DNA from: the human T2T-CHM13v2.0 reference genome, Homo sapiens
NCBI RefSeq assembly: GCF_009914755.1
Contig: NC_060930.1
Reading direction: 5' to 3' (one strand)
DNA length: 64,000 bases
The notes below the pieces were generated by a model. That model ran no database searches and was not told the origin of the DNA. It was given only the letters and a program-made list of their open reading frames with translations. The position numbers and the translations under genes were made by a program. Below are positions 46,861 through 63,556 of this stretch, one piece after another. Each line of letters starts with the position of its first letter. Within the stretch, counting starts at the first letter, position 1.

Positions 46861-47376
46861 CGATTAATATTTATCCTTAAGTCCTCACTTCCTTCTGGCA
46901 ACTTCCTGAATGATGCAGGCTCTTAAAAACCATTTGTACTGTGCTTGGTTTTTATCCCCTAGTCCTTTGACATAGCTTGTAACCCTCCACGTGTGGTTCC
47001 CTGACTAAGCCAGGGAGCTCACTCCTCAAACTTGATAAGATCATCAAGGACACGCATACCTCATTTTATTGCTCTCTGCTTTGTTGCACTTCACACATAC
47101 TACATTTTTCACGAATTGAAGGCTTGGGGCAACCCTGCATCCAGCAAGTCTATTGGCACCATTTTTCCAACAGCATGTTCTCACTTCATGTCTTCGTGTC
47201 ACATTTGAAGAATTCTCACAGATTTCTTTTTTTTTTTTTGGTGGGGGGGGAGGATCGTACTTAAAATTTTTTTCCCCAACTATTATTTTAAGTTCAGGGG
47301 TACATTTGCAGGATGTGCAGGTTTGTTACACAGGTAAATGTGTGCCATGGTGGTTTGCTGCCCAGATCATCCCATC

Positions 47377-48041
47377 GTTACTGGTGGAAGGTATCCGAAT
47401 TACCAGAGGTGAATCCGTATGGGTCTGCAGCAACCTCAATTCTTGCCTCCTCAGAAGAAAGAATTAGACAGAGAGGCATAAGGCAGAAAAAGAGACCAAG
47501 GCGAGTTTCAGAACAAGAGCGGAAGTTTATTTTAAAAGGCTTTAGAACAGGAAAGAAAGAAAGAAAACTATGCTTGGAAGAGACCCAAGTGGGCACTCAG
47601 ATCAAGTGCTCTGTTTAACCTTGATCCTAGGACTTTCCAGGCTGGCCCCTTTCCCATGATTCTTCCCTTAGGGTGGGCTGCCAGCATGCACAGTGCCCTC
47701 CTTACCGTTGGGAGGAGAGCACGTACAGTGTGGTTAGGAAGTTGTACGCATGACCATCTGAGACTTTCTTCCCTTTGCTGGCGGTATGCCCTCGGAAGGT
47801 CATACTCCACCATTTTGTCTTAATGCATGTGCTGGGAAGTTGTTTCTCCCTGGCATATGAATCCAATTAGCACTTTAGTTGGGCAGGTGTTGACCATCAG
47901 GAAATGGCTCCTTCCTGGCACTGGCTTCCAATTCATTGCTTTTAGAAAGGCAATGTGATAACTGCCAAACCATCACTCGACATTCCCAGTGGGTGGAAAA
48001 GAGCCCTCTCCTGATCCACTCATGCCTAACTACCAGAAATA
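47377..48041 (-). mobile_element. ERV1 solo LTR (MER50-like) inserted in the L1 3' UTR
   Basis: TSD ccatc (47372-47376 / 48042-48046). The minus strand has gtagttaggcatgag..caggagagggctc near its start. Confidence 0.8.
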
Positions 48042-49069
48042 CCATCACCTAGGTATTAAGCCCAGCATCCATTAGCAATTCTTCCTGATGCTCTTCCTCC
48101 TCCCACCTCACACCCTCTGACAAGCTCCAGTTGTGTTTTGTTCCTCACCATGTATCCATGTGTTCTCATCATTCAGCTCCCACTTATAAGTGAGAACATG
48201 AAATACTTGGTTTTCTGTTCCTGCATTAGTTTGCTGAGGATAATGGCTTCCAATTCCATTCACGTCCCTGCAAAAACCACGATCTCATTCCTTTTTATGG
48301 TGGCATGGTATTCCATGGCGTATATGTGCCACATTTTCTTTATCCAGTCTATCATTGATGGGCATTTGGTTGATTCCATGTCTTTGCTATTGTGAATAGT
48401 GCTGCAATGAACATACAATTATTGCATGTATCTTTATAATAATTTATATTCCTTTGGGTATATGCCCCGTAATGGAATTGCTGGGTCAGATGGTATTTCT
48501 GCCTCTAGGTCTTTGAGGAATCACCACACTGTCTTCCACAAAGGCTGAATTAATTTACACTCTCACCAAAAGTGTAAAAGTGTTCCTTTTTCTCCACAAC
48601 CTTGTCAGCATTCTGTTGTTTTTTGACTTTTTAATAATCTTCATTCTGACTTGCTTGAGATGGTATCACATTGGGGTTTTGATTTGCATTTCTCTAATGA
48701 TCAGTGATGTTGAGCTTTTTTTCCTATGTTTTGCATGTATGTCTTCTTTTGAGAAGTGTCTGTTTATGTCCTTTTTAATGGGATTATTTGTTTTTTTCTT
48801 GTAAATTTGTTTAAGTGCCTTGTAGATGCTGGATGTTAGACTTTTGTCAGATGGATAGATTGCAGAAATTTTCTCCCATTCTATAGGTTGTCTGTTCACT
48901 CTGATGATAGTTTCCTTTGCTGTGCAGAAGCTCTTTAGTTTAATTAGATCCCATTGTCAATTTTTGCTTTGTTGCAATTGATTTTGGTGTCTTTGTCATG
49001 AAATCTTTGCCTATACCTATGTCCTGAATGGTATTATCTAGATTTTCTTCTAGAGTTTTTATAATTTTA

Positions 49070-49533
<464 letters not shown>

Positions 49534-52500
49534 TGATCAGATTTGTCAAAGATCAGATGGTTGTAGGTGTACGGTCTTATTTCTGGGTTCTCTATTATGT
49601 TCCATTGGTCTATGTGTCTATTCTGTTCCATTGGTCTTCTTGTACCAGTACCATGCTGTTTTGGTTATTGTAGCCTTGTAGTATAGTTTGAAGTTGGGTA
49701 GTGTGATGCCTCCAGCTTTGCTATTTTTGCTTAGAATTGTCTTGGCTATTTGGGAGCTTTTTGGGTCCCATATAAATTTTAAAATAGTTTTCTTTAATTC
49801 TGTGAAGAATGTCAATGGTAATTTATGGGAACAGCATTGAATCTATAAATTGCTTTGGACCGTATGGCCATTTTCACGATATTGATTCTTTCTTTCCATG
49901 AGCATGGAATGTTTTTCCATTTGTTTGTGTCATCTCTGATTACTTTGAGCAGTGGTTTGTAGTTCTTGAAGAGGAGAACTTCACTTCCCTTGTTAGCTGT
50001 ATTCCTAGGTATTTTATTCTTTTTGTGACAATTGTAAATGGGAGATTATTCATGATTTGGCTCTCTACTTGCCTGTTGTTGGTGTATAGGAATGCTAGCT
50101 ATTTTTGCACATTGATTTTGTATCCCGAGACTTTGCCAAAGTTGCTTATCGGCTTAAGAAGCCTTTGAGCTGAGATAATGGGGTTTTCTAGATATAGGAT
50201 TACGTCATCTGCAAAAAAAGATAGTTTGATTTTCTCTCTTCTGATTTGAATACGCTTTATTTATTTCTCTTGCCTGATTTTCCTGGCCAGAACTTCCAAT
50301 ACTATGTTGAAAAGGAGTTGTGAGAGACGGGCATCTGTGTCTTGTGCTGGTTTTCAAAAGGAATGCTTCCAGCTTTTGCCCATTCAGTATGATATTGGCT
50401 GTGGGTTTGTCATATATGGCTTTTATTATTTTGAGTTATGTTCCTTCGATACCTAGTTTATTGAGAGTTTTTAACATGAAGGGATGTTGAACTTTATCAA
50501 AGACCTTTTTTGCATCTATTGAGATAATCATGTGTTTTTTGTCTTTAGTTCTGTTTATGTGATGAATCACATTTATTGATTTCTGTAGGTTGAACCAAAC
50601 TTGCATCCTGGGAATGAAGCCTACTTGATTGTTGTGGATAAGTTTTTTGATGAGCTGCTGGATTCAGTTTGCCAGTATTTTATTGAGGATTTTTGCATTG
50701 ATGTTCATCAGAACACTGGCCTGAAGTTTTCTTTTCATTTCTTTTCTTTGGTTTTAATCTGCCAGGTTTTGGTATCAGGATGCTGCTGGCCTCATAGAGT
50801 TAGGGAGGAGTCCCTCCTTTTCAATTTTTTTGGAATAGTTTCAGTAGAAATGGTACCAGCTCTTCTTTATACCTCTGATAGAATCCTTCTTTGTACCTCC
50901 TGGGCTTTCTTTGGTTGGTAGACTATTTATTATTGCCTCAATTTCAGAACTCATTATTGTTTCTATTCAGGGATTCAGTTTCTCCCTGGCTCAGTCCTGG
51001 GAGGGTGTATGTGTCCAGGAATTTATCCATTTCTTCCAGATATTCTAGTTTATGTGCATAGAGGTGTTTATAGTATTCTCTGATGGTTGTTTGTATTTCT
51101 GTGGGGTCAGTGATGACAGCCCCCTTATCATTTCTGGTTGTGTTATTTGAATATTCTCTCTTCTTTATTAGTGTCGCTAGTGGTCTATTTTATTAATTTT
51201 TTCAGAAAAAAAGCTCCCGGATTCCTTGATTTTTTGAAGGGTTTTTCGTGTCTCTATCTCCTTCAGTTCAGCTCTGATCTTGGTATTTCTTGTCCTCTGC
51301 TAGTTTTGGTGTTTGTTTGCTCTTGGTTCTCTAGTTCTTTTAGTTGAGATGTTAGGTTGTCAATTTGAGATCTTTCCAGCTTTTTGATGCAGGTATTTAG
51401 TGCTATAAATTGCCCTCTTAACACTGCTTTAGCTATGTCCCAGAGATTCTCATATGTTTTATCTTTGCTCTCATTAGTTTTAAAGATCTTCGTGGTTTCT
51501 GCCTTAATTTCATTATTTACCCAAGAGTCATTCAGGAGCAGATTGTTCCATTTCCATGCAGTTGTGTGATTTTGACTGAATTTCTTAATCTTGCATTCTA
51601 ATTTGATGGTGCTGTGGTCTGAGAGACTATTTGTTATGATTTCAGTTCTTTTGCATTTGCTGAAGAGTGTTTTACTTCTGATTATGTGACCAATTTTAAA
51701 ATAAGTGTCATGTGGTGATGAGGAGAATGTTTACTCTGTTGGTTTTGGGTGGAGAGTTCTGTAGCTATCTATGAGGTTTACTTGATCCAGAGCTGAATTC
51801 AGGTCCTGAATATCTTTGTTAATTTTCTGCCTTGATAATCTGTCTAATATTGTCAATGGGGTGTTAAAGTCTCCCACTATTCTTGTGTGGGTGTCTAAGT
51901 CTCTTTGAAGGTATCTAAGAACTTGCTTTATAAATCTGGGTGCTTCTGTATTGGGTGCATATATATTTAGGATAGTTGGCTCTTCTTATTGAATCGAACC
52001 CTTTAACATTATATAATGCCCTTGTCTTTTTTTTATCTTTGTTGGTTTAAAGTCTGTTTTTTTCAGAAACTAGGAGTGGAACCCCTGCTTTTTTCTGTTT
52101 TCCATTTGCTTAGTAAATTTTCTTCCATCCCTTTATATTGAGCCTATGTGTGTCTTTTCATGTGAGATGGGTCTGTTGAAGACAACATACTGATGGGTCT
52201 TGGTTCTTCATCCAGCTTGCCATTCTATGTCTTTTAATTGGGGGATTCAGGACATTTACATTTAACGTTAGTATTATTATGTGTAGATTTGATCCTGTCA
52301 TCATGATGCTAGCTGTTTATTTTGCAGACTTGTTTATGTAGTTGCTTCATAGTGTCATTGGTCTGTGTACTTCAGTGTGCTTTTGTAGTGGCTGCTAACA
52401 GTTTTTCCTTCCCATATTTAGTGCTTCCTTCAGGAACTCTTGCAAGGCATGTCTGGTGATGATCAATTCCTTGAGCACTTGCTTGTCTAAAAAGGATCTT

Positions 52501-54949
52501 ATTTCTCCTTCACTTATGAAGATTAATTTGGCTGGAGATGAAATTCTGGGTTGGATATTATTTTCCTTAAAAATGTTGAATATTGGCCCCCAGTCTTTTC
52601 TGGCTTGTAGGGTTTCTGCTGAGAGGTCCACTGTTAGTCTGATGGGCTTCCCTTTGTAGGTGACCTGGCCTTTCTCTCTGGCTGTTCTTAACATTTTTCC
52701 TTTCATTTCGACCTTGAAGAAACTGGTGATTATGTGTCTTGGGGTAGATCTTCTCATGGAGCATCTTACTGGGATTCTTTGCATTTTCTGAATATGAATG
52801 TTTTCCTGTCTTGCTAGGTTGGGGATGTTCTCCTGGATACTATCCTGAAGTATGTTTCCCAACTTGGTTCCATTCTCCTTGTCTCTTTCTGGTACCCCAA
52901 TCAGTCATAGGTTTGGTCTTTTTACATAATCTCATATTTCTCAGAGGTATTGTTTGTTCCTTTTTATTCTTTTTTCTCTATTCTTGTGTGCCTGTCTTAT
53001 TTCAGAAAGGTAGTCTTCAAGCTCTGAGATTCTTTCTTCTGCTTGGCCTATTCTGCCATTGATACCTGTGATTGCACTGTGAAGTTCTCGTGTTGTGTTT
53101 TTCAGTTCCATCAGGTCAGTTATGTTCCTCTCTAAACTGGTTATTTTGGCTACCAGTCCTGTATTGTTTTATCACGATTCTTAGCTTCTTTGCATTAGGT
53201 TACAACATGCTCCTTTAGCTCAGTGAAGTTCATTATTATCCATATTCTGAAGTCTACTTCTGTCATTTCAGCCATTTCAGCCTCAGCCCAGTTCTGAGCC
53301 CTTGCTGGAGAAGTGTTGTGGTCATTTGGAGGAGAAAGGGCTCTCTGGCTTTTTGAGTTTTCAGCATTTTGGTGTTGATTCTTTCTTATCTTTGTGGGCT
53401 TATCTACCTTTGATCTTTGAGGTTGCTGACCTTTGAATGGGGTTTCTGTGGGGTCTTTTTTGTTGATGTTGTTGTCGTTGTTTTCTGTTTGTTTGTTTTT
53501 CTTTTAACTGTCAGGTTGCTCTTTCATAGGGCTGCTGCAGTTTATTGGGGATCTATTTAATACCCTAGTTGCCTCGGTTTTTCCTCTACCTGGAGGTATC
53601 ACCAGTGAAACCTGTGAAACAGCAAAGATGGCAGTCTGCTCTTTCCTCTGGAAGCTCCATCCCAGGGGGATACTGACCTTTCACCAGCCCAAGTGTGCCT
53701 GTAAGAGATGGCTGGAGACTCGTATTGGGAGGTCTTACCAAGTCAGTAGGAATGGGATCAGGGATTCACTTAAGTAAGCAATCCAGCTGCTTTTTGGTAG
53801 AGCAGGTGTGCTGTGTTGGGGATCCCTTCAGCCCCGATTGGTATGGGGTCTCCAGGACCCACAGGCTGGGCTGAGTGAGAAGTCCAAACAGCCAAGGTGG
53901 TGGCCTGCTCCACCCCCTGGGCACTTTGTTCCAGGGGGAAATTAGAGCTCTGTTTATGGAAAACTGGTTGGAGTGGCTGAAGCTCTGGCTGCGAGGTCCT
54001 GCCCAGTGAGGAGGAATGGATCTGGGTCCTGCCTAAAGAAGCAGTCTGGCCACAATCTGGCAAAGTGGCTGTGCTGCACTGGGAGACTTTTCTTATCTGG
54101 ACCATTTGGACTTTCCAAAGCTGGCAGGCTGGAACCACTGAGTTGACTGAACCACAAAGATGGTGGCTGTCCCTCCCCACAGGAGGCCCTGTCCCAGGGT
54201 GAGATCAGAGCTCTGACTGTAGACCACTGAATTCTTCCATATTTCAAACTTTTGAACTATTTTTATAGCTATTATGATAATCTGTGGTCAGTGATCTTTG
54301 ATGTTTCAATTGCAATTGTTTTGAGGTACCACCAACCATGCTCAGATAAGAGGGCAAACTTCAATAACTGTTGTATGTGTTCCGACTGCTCCACCAATCT
54401 GCTGTTCCCCCTTATATCTCTTTTGCTGGGTTTCCCTATTCCCTGATACAATAATATTGAAATTAGGCCAATTCAGAACCCTACAATGTCTTTAACGTGT
54501 TCAAGTGAAAGAAAGAGTTACAAGTCTCACCCTTAAATCAAAAGCTAGGAATGATTAAGCTTAGTGAGGAAGGCATGTCAAAATCTGAGATAGGCTGAAA
54601 GCTAGGCTTTTTGCATCAGTTAGCCAAGTTGTGAATGCAAAGGAAAAGTTCCTGAAGGAAATTATAAGTGCAACTCCAGTGAACACACAAATGTTAAGAA
54701 AGTAAAGCAGTCTTATTGCTGACATGGAGAGTTTGTGTGGTTTGGATAGAAGATCAAACAAGCCCCAAGATTTTCTTAAGCCAAAGCCTAATCCAGAACA
54801 GGGCCCTAACTCTTCAATTCTATGAAGGCTGAGAGAGGTAATAAAGCTGAAGAAGAAAAGTTTGAAGCTAGCAGAGATTGGTTCATGAGGTTTAAGGAAA
54901 GATGCCATTTCCATTACATAAAAGTGGAAAGTAAAGCAGTAAATGCTGA

Positions 54950-55329
<380 letters not shown>

Positions 55330-57578
55330 TAAACCACAGATTTTCTATGTAGATTAAACAGCCTTCTGTTGGAAGAAGATGGCATCCAGGAGTTTCATAG
55401 GAGGAGAAGCGAATGCCTGGCTTCAAAGCACTGAAGGACAGGCTGACTCTCGTTAGGGTCTAATGCAGCTGGTGACTTGAAGTTGAAACCAATGTTCATT
55501 GAGCATTCTGAAAATCCTAGGGCCCTTAAGAATTATGCTAAATCTACTCCACCTGTGCTATATAAAGAAACAACAGGATCTGGATGACAGCATATCTGTT
55601 TATAGCATGATTTACTGAATATTTTAAGCCCACTGTTAAGACCTACTACTCAGAAAAACAGATGTCTTTCAAAATATTACCACTCATTGACAATGCAGCT
55701 AGTCACACAACAGTTCTGATAGAGATGTGCAAGGAAATAAATGTTGTTTTCATGCCTGTGAATACAACATTCATTCTTCAGCCCATGGATCAAGGAGTAA
55801 TTTCGACTTTCAACTCTTATCATTTAAGAAACACATTTTATAAGGCTTACAGCTGCCATAAATAGTAATTTCTGTGATGGATTTGGGCAAAGCAAATTGA
55901 ACCTCATAGAAAGTATTTCTCATTCTAGGTGCAATTAAGAACATTCGTGGTTTATGAGAAGTCAAAATACTGACATTAGCAGGAGTTTGAAAGAAGTTGA
56001 TTCCAACCCTCATAGGTACCTTTGAGGGTCTCAAGACTTCAGTGGAGGAAGTCACTGCAGATATGGTAGAAACAGCAAGAGAACTAGAATCAGAAGTGGA
56101 ACCTGAAGATGGGACTGAATTGCTGCAATCTCATGATCAAACTTGAATGAATAAGGAATTGCCTCTTATGGGGAGCAAAGAAAGTTGTTTCTTGAGATGG
56201 AATCTACTTCTGGTGAAGATGCTGTGAACATTGTTGAAATGACAATGAAGGATTTAGAATACTATGTCAACTTAGTTTATAAAGAAGTGGCAGGGCTTGA
56301 GAGGATTTACTCCAATTTTGGAAGAAATTCTACTATTGGTAAAACGCTATCAAATGGCATCTCACGTTACAAAGAAATCTTTCATAAAAGGAAGAGAGAG
56401 TCCATCGATGCCTCAATTTCCATTGTTGTCTTACTTTAAGAAATTGCCTCACAGCCACCCAAACTTCAGCAACAATTACCACCATCAACACTGTGGCAAG
56501 ACCCTCCACTGGCAAAGCTTACAATGTGTCAAAGGCTCAGATGATTGTTAGCATTTTTTAGCAATCAAGCATTTTTAAATTAAGGTATGTGAATTGTTTT
56601 CTTAGACATAATGATTTTGCACACAATAAACTGTGGTATAGTGTAAACATAACTTTTAGATATACTGGGAAAACAAAAAAATTTTTGTGACGTGCATTTT
56701 TGTGACATTCACTTTATTGCAGTGGTTTGAACAGGACCCACAATATCTCCAACGTATTCCTGTATACACCTGGACCTTAACCAGTGGGAAAAATGAGCAG
56801 CAAAGTTGTCCTGGGTCAACTAGAGCTGGAAAGTGTCGGGGCTGGGACAAACCAGGCACTATCTGTGCCCAGCCCCCTCTCAGCTCCACTAAACAGCTTT
56901 TTTTCCTCCTTCAGCTCAAGGGCCACCAAAGTGAGGGGGGCTGGTGATGTCTGTGGTGCCCCTGTCCATTCATGCCCAAAACAGGTGAGAATGGAACCAC
57001 ACAAAAGTGAAAATGAAACTGGTGGGGAGGAGGAAATAAGGTTCAGAGGGAAAGAATAGGGGTGCACACAGGAAAAAGAAGAAAAACAAAGGGGAGACTT
57101 TCACAGATTGCCTAGCCATGGCACTGGCACAGGCAGTAAATGATGTGGATTCTGTCTTGGGACATGTGGCTACTCTATTCTGAAAATGTCATTTGCTTAA
57201 AAAAAAAAAATTATCTATTGCCATTTAGCCCTCCTGGATATGCAACTTAAAAAAATCAAATACAGAAATTGGGTTATTTTCTCCAAATAAATTGAGAATA
57301 TTTTATATTACTTATTGTGTCTTTATAGTAGAAGATATTGCGAGTTTTTCACCTAACATTTTCCTTTTTGTCATGGACGCACAACTGGATTGCATTTCCC
57401 AGCCTCTCTCACGGGTAGGTGTGGTCACATGACTGAGTTCTAGCCAATGGAATGTGAGAGGAAGCCAGAGCTGACGCATAGAACCTCTCACGTTATTTTC
57501 CCTTCCATGGTGACATGGGAAGCATCCATTGAAGAAGGTGGAGCCATGGGTGGGAAAGGAGCCTGATCCCTCAGTTAT

Positions 57579-58077
57579 AGTCAGCCCTCCAAATCTGTGG
57601 GCTCCACATCCTTGGATCCAACCAATGCTGACTTGAAAATATTTGAAACAACAACAACAAAAATAACAATATAACAACAAAAAATAATACAAATAGGAAA
57701 CAATATACAGTAACAACTATTTACACAACATTTACATTATATTAGGTATTTAAATTTTTTTTAGAGTTGGGGTCTCACTATGTTGCCCAGGCTGGAGTGC
57801 AGTAGCACAATCATAGCTTACTGCCATCTCAAACTCTGGGGCTCAGGCCATCTTCCCACCTCAGCCTCCCAATGTGTTAGGATTACAGGTGTGAGCCATT
57901 GCACCTGGCCTGTGTTAAGTATTATAAGTAATCTAGAGATGATTTAAAGTATACAGAAGGATGTGCACAGGTTATATGCAAATACTATGCCATTTTGTAT
58001 CAGGGACTTGAGCATCCAGGGATTTTGGTATCTGCAGAGTTCTGGAACCAATCCCCCAGGGAGGCTGAGGGATGATT
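57579..58077 (-). mobile_element. MER2 DNA transposon interrupted by an Alu monomer (57755-57910, minus)
   Basis: agtcagccctcc...tggatccaacc at the left end and ggacttgagcatc..gattttggtatctgc..ctggaaccaatccccc at the right end. Confidence 0.8.
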
Positions 58078-58347
58078 AAACTTTTTGTGTGTGTGTGTGT
58101 GTGAAGTATTTGACAGGTTTACATCACTGCTCACCACTAGGGAACAAATTAATCATTTTTTCTGTGCCTCAGTCTTTTCCTTATCTGAAAATATTGATAG
58201 CAACTACCTCCTGGGGCTATTGGAAGTACTAAATGAGTCAATATTTTCACACTTAGAATAGGGCTCTGCTTAGAGTAAGCACTACATAAGGATATATTAA
58301 ATAGTGAAAGCTCTATAAGTGTCAGTATTATATTAGCCTTTATGGCT

Positions 58348-59051
<704 letters not shown>

Positions 59052-60554
59052 AATGGCTATTCTAAACATTTTAAGACATTTCCTTGAATGGTAATGAGAA
59101 TAACCTTGGTTGATAGGTTTTCTTTTTTCAGGATGGCATAAAAGTTAGGAGTTGAGGTTGAGGTGTCAGATGAGTTGGCCTGGGTTCAAATCTTGGCTTT
59201 GCAGTACTGTGAGACATGAAAAATTTACTTAACTCCACTAAGTCTTAATTTTCTCATTAATAGGACTATAATATCTACTTCATAGGGCTATTGGAGGATT
59301 AATGAGATAATGTTTGTAAAAAAAAATTCAGTGGAGTGCCTGGCACATAGTTAGTCCTAATTAATCTCAGAATCTGTTTTTTTTGGTTGTTATTGTTGTT
59401 GTTGTTTACTTTTTGGCGCCAAAACTCTTCCTTGAAGCAAAATCTTAGATAAATAGCCAATCCAGCATAGATGGAAGCAGAGGGTAGGGCTTGGAAGGGA
59501 GGAGACCCTCTGTCCACCCATGGGCTTCTCCTCACATCCAGTGACATTCTCCAGAGTGTCCCTGAGTCACCTCTGTGGAATCCTAGCACTGCTCAGCACA
59601 GTTTGATCATTTATAGGACTTGAAGTTCCCTAAACGATTATTTTGTTCCAGTTTTAACATTGTTATGACTACGAGAAGTGGCATGTGGCCGTGAAATGGA
59701 AGTGGAAGTTGAAATTATACTCACACGACCTTTTCCCTATGTTTGGGCCTCTTCTGACTTAGCAAATGACTTCCACCACTGCCTCTCACGCTCACGGGTT
59801 AAGCCCCCTCTCTACAGGAGTCGCCGCCCTTTCTCCCGTCTGCTTCTGCTGCATGGAGAGGGGTGGCAGGACGCTGACATGATGCTGACATGATGCTGTT
59901 GCCCTGCTGCCTGGGGCCCCATTGAGGGGTCCAGGCTCCAGATGAGGAGTGAGAGCTCATGAGATTTCATTTGTAGAGCCGGATGGCTAAGTTTCTGACA
60001 GATAAGGCCCTCAGCCAGTTACAAGGCATGGTTGTGAAACTAAATTATCTAGGGAAAAAAATGAGCCGTTCTGACACCCCCGTGCCTTCATCCAGTCAAA
60101 AGTTAAATTATCGCCCAAATTTTCCCTCTGTACCTCTACTTAGCGGTACAAGTGTAAGCCATACATAAAACTCCAGTTAACTCTGACTGGGCAGGAGTGG
60201 CTCCATTTCCCTTGCATTCAGAGGAGGCCACGTGGCTGCTGAAACCCTTAGGGGACTTTCACTCCCACTGGGATGAAATTTTAAGTCTTAACCATGGTCT
60301 CTGACCTCATATCCTCTCCGTCTCCTCCTGACCCTTGCTGCTCCAGTCACTCTTGTCTGGGGTTCCTCGAGCATGTGAAGTATTTTCCACTGTCTGAGCC
60401 TTTGCACATCTGTTCCTGTGACCTTCCTCCCAGAGAGCCACGGAGCTCCATTCTTCATCAACTTCCTCCTCAAAAAGGCCTTCCTTGCTTGCCGTGTCTA
60501 AAACAGCATCACCGATCCCTCTCTAAAATTGTGCCCTGCCAACATACAGTTACG

Positions 60555-60715
60555 TAGGAGGAATAAATTCAATGTTTGATAGCAGAATAGGGTGACTATA
60601 GTTAAACAAAAATGTATTGCACCCAGGAGATGGACACCCTAATTTGATCACTATACATTATATACATGTAACAAAATTTCACATGTACCCCATAAATTTG
60701 CACAAATAATAAAAA
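60555..60715 (+). mobile_element. L1MA 3' end fragment
   Basis: taggaggaataaattc...gggtgactatagttaa...cacatgtaccccataaat. Confidence 0.75.
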
Positions 60716-61235
60716 GTCAACATGAGCCTTTCTTTGTATTTATGGCTCTTACCTCCATCCCACATAGAGTATGGACAAATATCGACAATTGCCTATCTCC
60801 CATCCCCTTCACAGACATGGAGCAGAAACTGGGTCTACTGCGTTCACTACCATAGCTGCAGGTTCTGGAACAGTGCTTGGCACATCGATGCTCCATGAAT
60901 CCACGCTGAATGAATGACTAGGTGACCTTAACTGTTACTCGTGCATCTGCACAGTTACAAACTTGCAGAGGCATGCAGAGAAGTGGTGGATAGTATTGGC
61001 TCTCAGCTGCTTGTATTGTGGCCAGGCCTATTGATGCCTGGATTTGTGGCCTTTAGAAAACCCATGTAGGCCCAACAGAAAGGTCCAAATAAGCCTGATT
61101 CACCTTAGCGGGAGAGTTCATATCTGCGTTAATTGTTTTAACCATGAAGTGACGGTTACACCTCTGGCCATTATTCTTGCTTGAGGAGAGTAGTTCCCAT
61201 CTTATTCCTGTTTCTTAACTTTATCTTATGCTACA

Positions 61236-61750
61236 GTGGCTTTATACTGTGTTAACTTCGGCTGGTTAGAATTATGTTTCACAGAATTCCCTTCCCAGTA
61301 TGGTTCTGAGTTAGAATTGGCCAAAAGAAAGTTGGCCAAAGCATGCTCAGTAAAAACAGATGCTGAGATGCCAGTTACTGCCAGTGGTCATCATGCTTCC
61401 CTGCTCTGCATTCAGCCCCTCCTCCTGCCAGCTGGCCCTGCTGACCAGCATCGACTGTGGTCCACCACCAGGTGTAGGAGCAACATCTTGCCTGGACTTC
61501 CCCATCAGCTCTCCACTGTCCTTCCTCTCCAGCATCTGGATCTGCTGGCTTCCCGGAATCCCTGCAAGTGCTGACTTGCCCATCTGTCCCAGTGCTTCAG
61601 GAGGGCTGCATAGGGCATTTTCCCAGAACCTCCAGCTCTCATGTCAGACCTTTACTTCCAGCTCCTCCCACACTTGTGTAAGGTTTAATCCCTGTAAGAA
61701 AGTCCTATTCCATCATCCTCATTGTCATTCCTCTTCCCTGATTGAACTTT
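61236..61750. mobile_element. ERVL LTR (LTR33-like)
   Basis: cagaattcccttcccagtatggttctgagttagaattggcc matches the recalled LTR33 5' region. Confidence 0.5.
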
Positions 61751-61994
61751 CATTCATACACATGAAAAGTATCCTGTACTCAGCCTGCCAATTAATAATC
61801 ATTTCTCCAGCATTATCAGCAGCATTTTAAATATGGATACTTTCTTTCTAAATACTTAATACACTTGCCTTCCTCTACTTTATAGCATGATCTCAATAAT
61901 TATCTAATATATAATGTAATTTGTTATTTCCCAAAATATGCTTTGATGCTTTTTGATGAGATACAGACTAAAGCTTCTTAAAAATTATTCAAAA

Positions 61995-62218
61995 CAGTCA
62001 TGTGTCCTATATGATGTTTTGGTCAATGACGGACTGCCTACATGACCGTGGATGGAGCAATAGGCTAGGTGTGTACTAGGTTCTACCTTCTAGGTTTGCA
62101 TAAGTACACTTAAGTACACTCTATGATGTTCACATGATGAGGAAATTGCATGAGAATGAAATCGCCCAACGATGCATTTCTGAGAATGTATCCCCATTAC
62201 TAAGTGACGCATGACCGT
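61995..62218 (+). mobile_element. Tigger3 (MER7/Golem) internal-deletion element
   Basis: TIRs cagtcatgtgtc / gtgacgcatgaccg, plus ggtcaatgacggactgc. Confidence 0.8.
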
Positions 62219-63556
62219 ACTGGGAAGTAGAAAATATAATCAACACTGAAACTCATTATTTCATGAATATTATAAGTCAAAACAGAGCCAAATTTATGGA
62301 GCCAAAAGAAATAAGTAAATTAGAGGATAGTATAAAGATACTATGAGAATGACTGGTATTTGGGGAACTTGGATACAGTCACCAATGTGAGATAAGCTCT
62401 GATTTGGGAGGCAGGAGACCTTGGTTGTGGCACCTCCTCCAGAAGACAGAGCTACAGAGGCAGATGGGTGCTCTGTGTGTGCAATGCTGGGCAACCTTCG
62501 AAGGCACTCGGCTCATCCTCCCAGATGACCCGTCCAGTCCCAGCCTCTCCTTGGAGCCTTGCCAGCCCCTAATATTTCAGCCTGTAAATGCTCCAATTAC
62601 CCAGCGCTGCCCCACACATCTGCAATCACTTATAAACATATTTCCACCACTTCTGTCTCTTACTACCCTACTCCCCTGCACTCACAACTTGCATTGTTAA
62701 AGTTACCTTCACTTTTCACATTGTTAATTTTTTTAAACCATATCTGAACTGGGAATTAAAGAAACTATTCCTAATTTTAAAAAGAAGCAGATGCTCATTG
62801 AATAAATTTGAACAATACAAATAAAATGTGCTAGTTTATCTTTGCTCACCTACTACTTTTACTTAAATTTTATTTTAAGTAATTTTATTTTATTTTAGAG
62901 ATTGGGGCAATCTTTCCCCCAATTTGATATAGAATCTTCTAGGATTTGTTTTTTATTTAAGTATTTGCATGTAGGATTTTTAAAAAATAAAATGGGGTAT
63001 TCTATGCTTGTTATTCAAGACTTTACCTTTTGCATTTATCAATGAATCATGGATATTCTTCCATGTTATGTACAAGCTCACCTCATCTTTTTTAACAGAT
63101 GCACAGAATTTTACAATGCTGTGTTTGAAAATGACTCCTGAAGGCCATTGAACCACTTTCCATGTGATTACATCAAGTCCAAGACCTGCATTAAGCCCCA
63201 GTGTCCTAAGGCATTCATTGTATGTCACAAATTAACTTCCTTCCTAGGTCTCTAGAATGATACTAGAATGCAACATCCTTGGAAAAATCAGGAGATAGTC
63301 ACTGGGATCACTTTCTGTATTCTGTGGTTCAGATGAGAAACCTCACTTGAGCAAGACTAGATCTCAACACAACACAGCATTGGATGCTCAACCCTCTTCT
63401 GCCAGAGGAGCTCCCAGATTTCACAGTTCCTCTTGTAACTGAACACAGGTTTGGCTGTTTGCCACCTGCAAAACCATAACAAGGATGGGGTGCTGTGGAA
63501 GGAAAGCGACTTTATTTTCTGAAGCCAGCAGTGTGGAAATGGTTCAGTCTCCTGTC